Positions 59,753 to 64,000 of a stretch of 64,000 nt of DNA are shown piece by piece (within the stretch, counting starts at the first letter, position 1; each line of letters begins with the position of its first letter). Source of the stretch: a bacterium (lineage in GTDB: Bacteria; SAR324; NAC60-12); the NCBI GenBank assembly GCA_965233585.1, contig CBDDTI010000745.1:160001-224000 (forward strand), read 5' to 3'. The notes beneath the pieces are model-generated. The model was not told the origin of the DNA. It did no database searches and was given only the letters and a program-made list of their open reading frames with translations. The translations under genes and the position numbers were made by a program.

Positions 59753-60967
59753 TCAGTGAGAAGACCAAGCCACAGTTGAAAGGTCTATACCTTGACATGC
59801 CATCTCGTAAAGAGGGGACATCTCACGAAGACGGGTGACCGCATTGGTCACGCATTGAATGGTATAGTCTATTTCTTCATCTGTGGTGAAGCGGCCTAGA
59901 GTAAAACGGATAGAACTGTGTGCAAGGTCATCTCCCAGACCCAAAGCACGTAAAACATAAGAAGGCTCTAGGCTTGCTGAAGTGCAAGCAGAACCTGACG
60001 AAACTGCGACATCACGAATGCCCATAATCAATGACTCTCCCTCAACATAGGCAAAGCTGAGGTTAAGATTGTTTGGTAATCTTTTTGTAGCACTACCATT
60101 GAGGAAGACATAATCTAACTTTTCAGAGAGTTGCTCGTGGAGTTTGCTTTTCAATGCAATTTGACGTTTGGACTCCGTTGACATCTCTTGCATCGCAAGC
60201 TCAATTGCTTTGGCAAAGCCAATGATCCCCGGAGTGTTGAGTGTGCCAGATCGGTATCCTCTTTCCTGACCTCCTCCATGAAACAAAGGAGCAAGTCTGA
60301 CGCGGGGGCGTTTCCTGCGAATATAAAGTAACCCAACTCCTTTGGGTCCATAAATTTTATGAGCGCTGGCAGAAAGCAAGTCAATGTTCATCGCTTGTAC
60401 ATCAAGGGGAATTTTGCCAAAAGCCTGTGTGGCATCACAATGAAAGATGACGCCTTTTTTTCTGGTGATGGTTCCAATTTCCTCAAGAGGATGCAAAGTT
60501 CCAATTTCACTGTTTGCCGCCATCAAAGAAACCAGCACTGTCTGGTCTGTGATTGCCTTTTCCAACTCCTGAAGGTCAATGTTTCCTTCATTATCTACGT
60601 TGAGGTAAGTCACTTGCGCCCCACGTTGTTCTAAGTAGCGGCAGACATCTAAGACTGCTTTGTGTTCTGTGGGTGCAGTAATGATGTGGTTTCCTTTGTC
60701 GTGATAAAATTCAAAAGCTCCTTGAATGGCTAGATTGTTGGCTTCGGTGGCTCCGCTTGTAAAAACAATTTCTTTGCCTTCTGCACCTAAAGCATCAGCT
60801 AAGGTGGCTCGGCTTTGTTCCACAGCCTCTTCTGAAGTCCAGCCGAATTGATGATTACGACTTGCTGTGTTTCCAAACTCGGATTCAAAATAGGGACGCA
60901 TTGCTTCAACGACTTTTGGGTCAACAGGTGTTGTTGCCCCGTAATCAAGATAGATGGGGAGTTTCAT
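59753..60967 (-). CDS. iscS: Cysteine desulfurase IscS
   Basis: IYLDYGATTP, SAHKIYGPKG, SSGSACTSASLEPSYVL; alternative start 60979. Confidence 0.97.
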   Translation of the reverse strand: MKLPIYLDYGATTPVDPKVVEAMRPYFESEFGNTASRNHQFGWTSEEAVEQSRATLADALGAEGKEIVFTSGATEANNLAIQGAFEFYHDKGNHIITAPTEHKAVLDVCRYLEQRGAQVTYLNVDNEGNIDLQELEKAITDQTVLVSLMAANSEIGTLHPLEEIGTITRKKGVIFHCDATQAFGKIPLDVQAMNIDLLSASAHKIYGPKGVGLLYIRRKRPRVRLAPLFHGGGQERGYRSGTLNTPGIIGFAKAIELAMQEMSTESKRQIALKSKLHEQLSEKLDYVFLNGSATKRLPNNLNLSFAYVEGESLIMGIRDVAVSSGSACTSASLEPSYVLRALGLGDDLAHSSIRFTLGRFTTDEEIDYTIQCVTNAVTRLREMSPLYEMACQGIDLSTVAWSSH

Positions 60968-61373
60968 AGTTTTTTTCATATTGAATAAGTTGTTCTAATG
61001 TCATTCGCTCTACAAAAGAAATCATTTGCTTATGTAAGGCAATGAGGGGATTTTTCACAGGGCATTTGTCAAAAACGCTGCAAGAACAATCTGCAGAGAC
61101 ACAATCTACCAATGCGACCTTTTCATTCATAGCTTGCATGACATGACCGATGTTGACTTGTTCTGCAGGGAAAGCTAACAAATACCCCCCGCTTTGACCT
61201 CTTTTTGATTCAATAATCCCAGAAGTGTTTAATTCTTTCAGGATCTTTGCAATCATTGCTGTTGGGGCGCCATACTGCATTGCGATTGACTTTGCACTCA
61301 ATGCTTTGTTAGAAACCGCCAACGACACCAGTGATATTAAAGCATAATCAATCTTGCGAGATAACTTTAACAT
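60945..61373 (-). CDS. iscR: Rrf2-family regulator (IscR-like)
   Basis: DYAL, SKRGQSGGYLLA, C-terminal Cys cluster; upstream of iscS. Confidence 0.8.
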   Translation of the reverse strand: MLKLSRKIDYALISLVSLAVSNKALSAKSIAMQYGAPTAMIAKILKELNTSGIIESKRGQSGGYLLAFPAEQVNIGHVMQAMNEKVALVDCVSADCSCSVFDKCPVKNPLIALHKQMISFVERMTLEQLIQYEKNYETPHLS

Positions 61374-61518
61374 GCTACCAAAATAAGAGGTTGCTCAAAC
61401 CAACTCAAGTATGTTAACCCATGAATTAGAACCTTTCAAGTACTAATTCAACTTTTAGCAAATTTTTTTTGAAAAACTTGTTTGACTCAACGAATGATGA
61501 GGCTTTGTCAAGGGTGTG

Positions 61519-61670
61519 AGGTTCTTTCGCTCCGAATGACAATAGTTGTCACTTGAGTGCTTGACACGGAATCCATCGTCAATACTTTCGTCATTCCGCA
61601 CTTGATACGGAATCTATCACCAAACCAAGCATGGATTACTACATGACTGGATTCCTGCCCCTGTTTTCAC
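61519..61670. repeat. REP/RPE-like palindrome cluster left of the IS
   Basis: GTGCTTGACACGGAATC about 61557, GTCATTCCGCACTTGATACGGAATC 61590, GATTCCTGCCCCTGTTTTCAC 61650. Confidence 0.8.
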
Positions 61671-62443
61671 GGCAGTGTTCACTTGATATTGGCATGATAT
61701 TTTTCAAACCTTTTATAGTCAAAGAAGAGTTGTAGAGAGTGTTCCAGCATGTCAAAAGTTTTGGAATGTCGTTTAGATTTTCTCATCAAGCGAGCTAGGT
61801 TATCTCTGATGGAAGAATTAGAAGATTCAATGAGATGAGTGTTGTCCTTGCCTATCTGATGCTTTTGTGGAATTTGGAGTTGTGCAAATGCCACTTGATA
61901 GCATGAGTTGGCATCTGTATAAATCGTTTCAATTCTAGCTCGTTGTGCTTTGACTAGTCCATACAGCTGCTTTGCTGCTGCTAATCCTTTGCCTATCACA
62001 AAGGCAATCACACATTGTTCTTGACGAGAATAGGCTGTCCAAACAGCTACTCTTTGGCTTTTTTTTGAACAAAAGTGTAGATCTCATCCATCTCTATACT
62101 ATCTACTTGTGCATGGAAACTTGGTGCGTCTTTTGGAAGTTGAGACACTCTAGCTTTTTTGATCCAGTTGACAATTGAAGCGGGAGACACCTGCAAAAAA
62201 CGAGCGATCTTTCTGATGCCTACACTATTGACATACATCTCTAAGGCTTGACGCTTGGTCTCTAGTGGGATTCTCAAACCATTTGAGGTGAATGCTCTCT
62301 GACATGACTTGCAACGATACCTCTGAACCCCTTTGTAACTTCCATTCTTGATATAAGTCTGACTCCCACAATGATGACAACTTCTCATTTCCATTCCTCA
62401 AATTCACTCTCACATGCAATGACAATACCAACTAAACACTGCC
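61671..62443 (-). mobile_element. IS1-family insertion sequence (773 bp)
   Basis: Terminal IRs GGCAGTGTT(C/T)A(C/G)TTG; 8-bp target duplication GTTTTCAC at 61663-61670 and 62444-62451. Confidence 0.93.
61679..62394 (-). CDS. IS1 transposase InsAB via -1 frameshift
   Basis: InsA CHHC..KNG...QRYRCKSC plus HTH and EMDE; A8G slippery site 62058-62066; -1 frame reads SQRVAVWTAYSR into InsB (YTD...Y, IESSNSSIRDNLAR). Confidence 0.9.
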
Positions 62444-62604
62444 GTTTTCACAGGGGGGACGTTCTTCGCCCCGAATGACAAAGAAAGAGGCAAGAATGAC
62501 CAAATGCAAGCCTGCAATCTGTTCCCAGTCATTCCGTGCTTGACACGGAATCTCAAAAAAAGTGAACGAAGAAAAAAAGAGAGATTGCTCACCTTAGGTG
62601 AGCA
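62444..62604. repeat. REP/RPE-like palindrome cluster right of the IS
   Basis: GTCATTCCGTGCTTGACACGGAATC 62528; TGCTCACCTTAGGTGAGCA 62586; GAATGACAAAGAAAGAGGCAAGAATGACCAAA shared with 4657. Confidence 0.85.
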
Positions 62605-62644
62605 AGAGTGAAGGAGGGTACCAAGCCTAACAGAAAACCAGTGT

Positions 62645-63244
62645 TCAGGATTCCATTGCCTCCAGCTGTAGCTGCAACGAAGAAGGAGTGATGACTTGTA
62701 ATTCTCCAGCTTGTTCTTGAAAAAGATAAATGCCTTCTTCTTCTGCCTCACTGATGAGTTCGTCATAAAAGACTTCTCCCGCTAACCCGCAATAAATTGT
62801 ATAGTCTTGATAACTTGGAAACAATTTGGGGAAGGTCTCTTTCTGCCGAAGCACTTGTTGGAAATCTTTGACATGAGGTTTGCGTTTGACTTCTATCAAA
62901 AGCAAATGTTTTGTTTTGCTGAACAACACAAGATCGTATTGAGCCGTGATGCCATTTTTCCCTTTGAGGTTTTGTTCCACTTCGTCGTAGCGAATGCCTC
63001 CAATTTCAATGAAGCCATATTTTTCTATAACCTGTTCCACAGAACGGCACAGACGACCTTCTAAAATCTCCGAAGTATTGCTGATGAAGTTTTCCATCCT
63101 CTGAATGCCCCGCACCATGCTGGCAACTGCTGGTTTCAGTTCTTGAAGTTGCAAAGTAGTCTCTTCTTGGCGTTTTTTCAACTCCTGCATACCTTTAGCA
63201 TTTTCTTGTAAAATTGCCCAAATCTCATCAAATTGTTCACTCAT
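62645..63244 (-). CDS. Coiled-coil plus PD-(D/E)XK-fold (DUF3782-like) protein
   Basis: N-terminal coiled coil; E...QYDLV...LIEVK nuclease-type motif; GAGG RBS. Confidence 0.7.
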   Translation of the reverse strand: MSEQFDEIWAILQENAKGMQELKKRQEETTLQLQELKPAVASMVRGIQRMENFISNTSEILEGRLCRSVEQVIEKYGFIEIGGIRYDEVEQNLKGKNGITAQYDLVLFSKTKHLLLIEVKRKPHVKDFQQVLRQKETFPKLFPSYQDYTIYCGLAGEVFYDELISEAEEEGIYLFQEQAGELQVITPSSLQLQLEAMES

Positions 63245-63354
63245 CTTTTTCCTCTCAAATTAAATTTCCAAACTTCAAAAATCCCCGATTATAGCATTTT
63301 TTTGAGAAAAAGGGAGAACAAAGCAGAGAAAAAACAAGTCTGCAAACTCTCTCA

Positions 63355-63566
63355 GTCATTCCCCACTTGATGTGGAATCTCAAAAAAAGTGAACGAAGAA
63401 GAAAAAACAAAGGAGATTGCGGGTCAAGTCCCCAATGACAGTTTTCAAGTTAAGCAATGATGCTCCCGTCATTCCGTGCTTGACACAGAATCTCAAAAAA
63501 CAAAAGTTGTTTGGGAAAATGAAGAAGTTAGGAAAAAGAGAGATTGCGGGTCAGGTCCCCAATGAC
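63355..63566. repeat. Four REP/RPE-like elements in two inverted pairs
   Basis: GTCATTCC..CTTGA..GAATC at 63355 and 63468; GAGATTGCGGGTCA.GTCCCCAATGAC at 63413 and 63540. Confidence 0.9.
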
Positions 63567-63704
63567 CAAGACACGCCCGCAGGTGACGGAGCGTTTTAAG
63601 AAAAAAACTTGACTTTTCACAGCAAGTATGAAAACCCTTGCTGGGGAACAAAATACTACTCCAAACACTCCTTCCAACTCCACTACAACCTTTCTCTTGG
63701 CAAC

Positions 63705-64000
63705 CTACCTCCCAAACTTCACTAACAACATGTCATAACTTCCTGAATTGACATGTCCATCAAAAGCTCCTTTAGACCATCCTGTCACGTAAACATTGCC
63801 TGATGAATCCACACTCACTCCTTTTCCAGAATCATTACTGCTACTGCCAAGCAGTTTAGACCACTTCTTATTACCTGAACTGTCATACTTCACTAAAAAC
63901 ATGTCATAATCTCCTGAATTGACATGTCCATCAAAATTTCCCCCAGAGCTTCCTGTCACGTAAACATTGCCTGATGAATCCACACTCACTCCTTCTCCAT
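63705..64000 (-). CDS. 3' end of a second SBBP beta-propeller protein (runs off the window)
   Basis: GVSVDSSGNVYVTG repeats at 171-bp spacing; C-terminus LVKFGR resembles LVKFGQ at 59140. Confidence 0.88.
   Translation of the reverse strand, partial: GEGVSVDSSGNVYVTGSSGGNFDGHVNSGDYDMFLVKYDSSGNKKWSKLLGSSSNDSGKGVSVDSSGNVYVTGWSKGAFDGHVNSGSYDMLLVKFGR

Overview
AT-rich bacterial chromosomal segment. The gene set suggests a deltaproteobacteria-like lineage such as SAR324, probably host-associated (inference). The core backbone contains hflX, tRNA-Gln, fdxA-yceD-rpmF-plsX, rnpB, rho-rpmE-prfA, folB, a CIRCE-controlled hsp20, leuA, a UvrD/PcrA helicase and iscRSU. Accessory elements are interleaved: (1) two lipoprotein genes with unrelated bodies that share one promoter/leader/start cassette carrying an (ATCCGCA)n heptamer phase-variation tract (9 copies at 7239-7301, 2 copies at 57335-57348; both out of frame from the conserved ATG), plus the 3' end of a paralogous SBBP beta-propeller gene at the right edge; (2) REP/RPE-like palindromes downstream of all three surface-protein genes, two arrays lying next to paralogous PD-(D/E)XK-like genes; (3) a complete IS1-family element inserted in a palindrome loop with an 8-bp target duplication; (4) a nested restriction-modification island in which an EcoRI/RsrI-like pair sits between 238-bp direct repeats upstream of a HEAT-MTase/CfrBI-like pair; (5) unusual proteins, namely an MFS transporter with large extracytoplasmic domains paired with a binding protein, a YidC-like/CDP-glycerol locus, a degenerate class I adenylate cyclase, a serine recombinase lacking its catalytic Ser, and an ABC ATPase-DUF364 fusion. 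All calls come from motif recognition by eye; no database searches were run.
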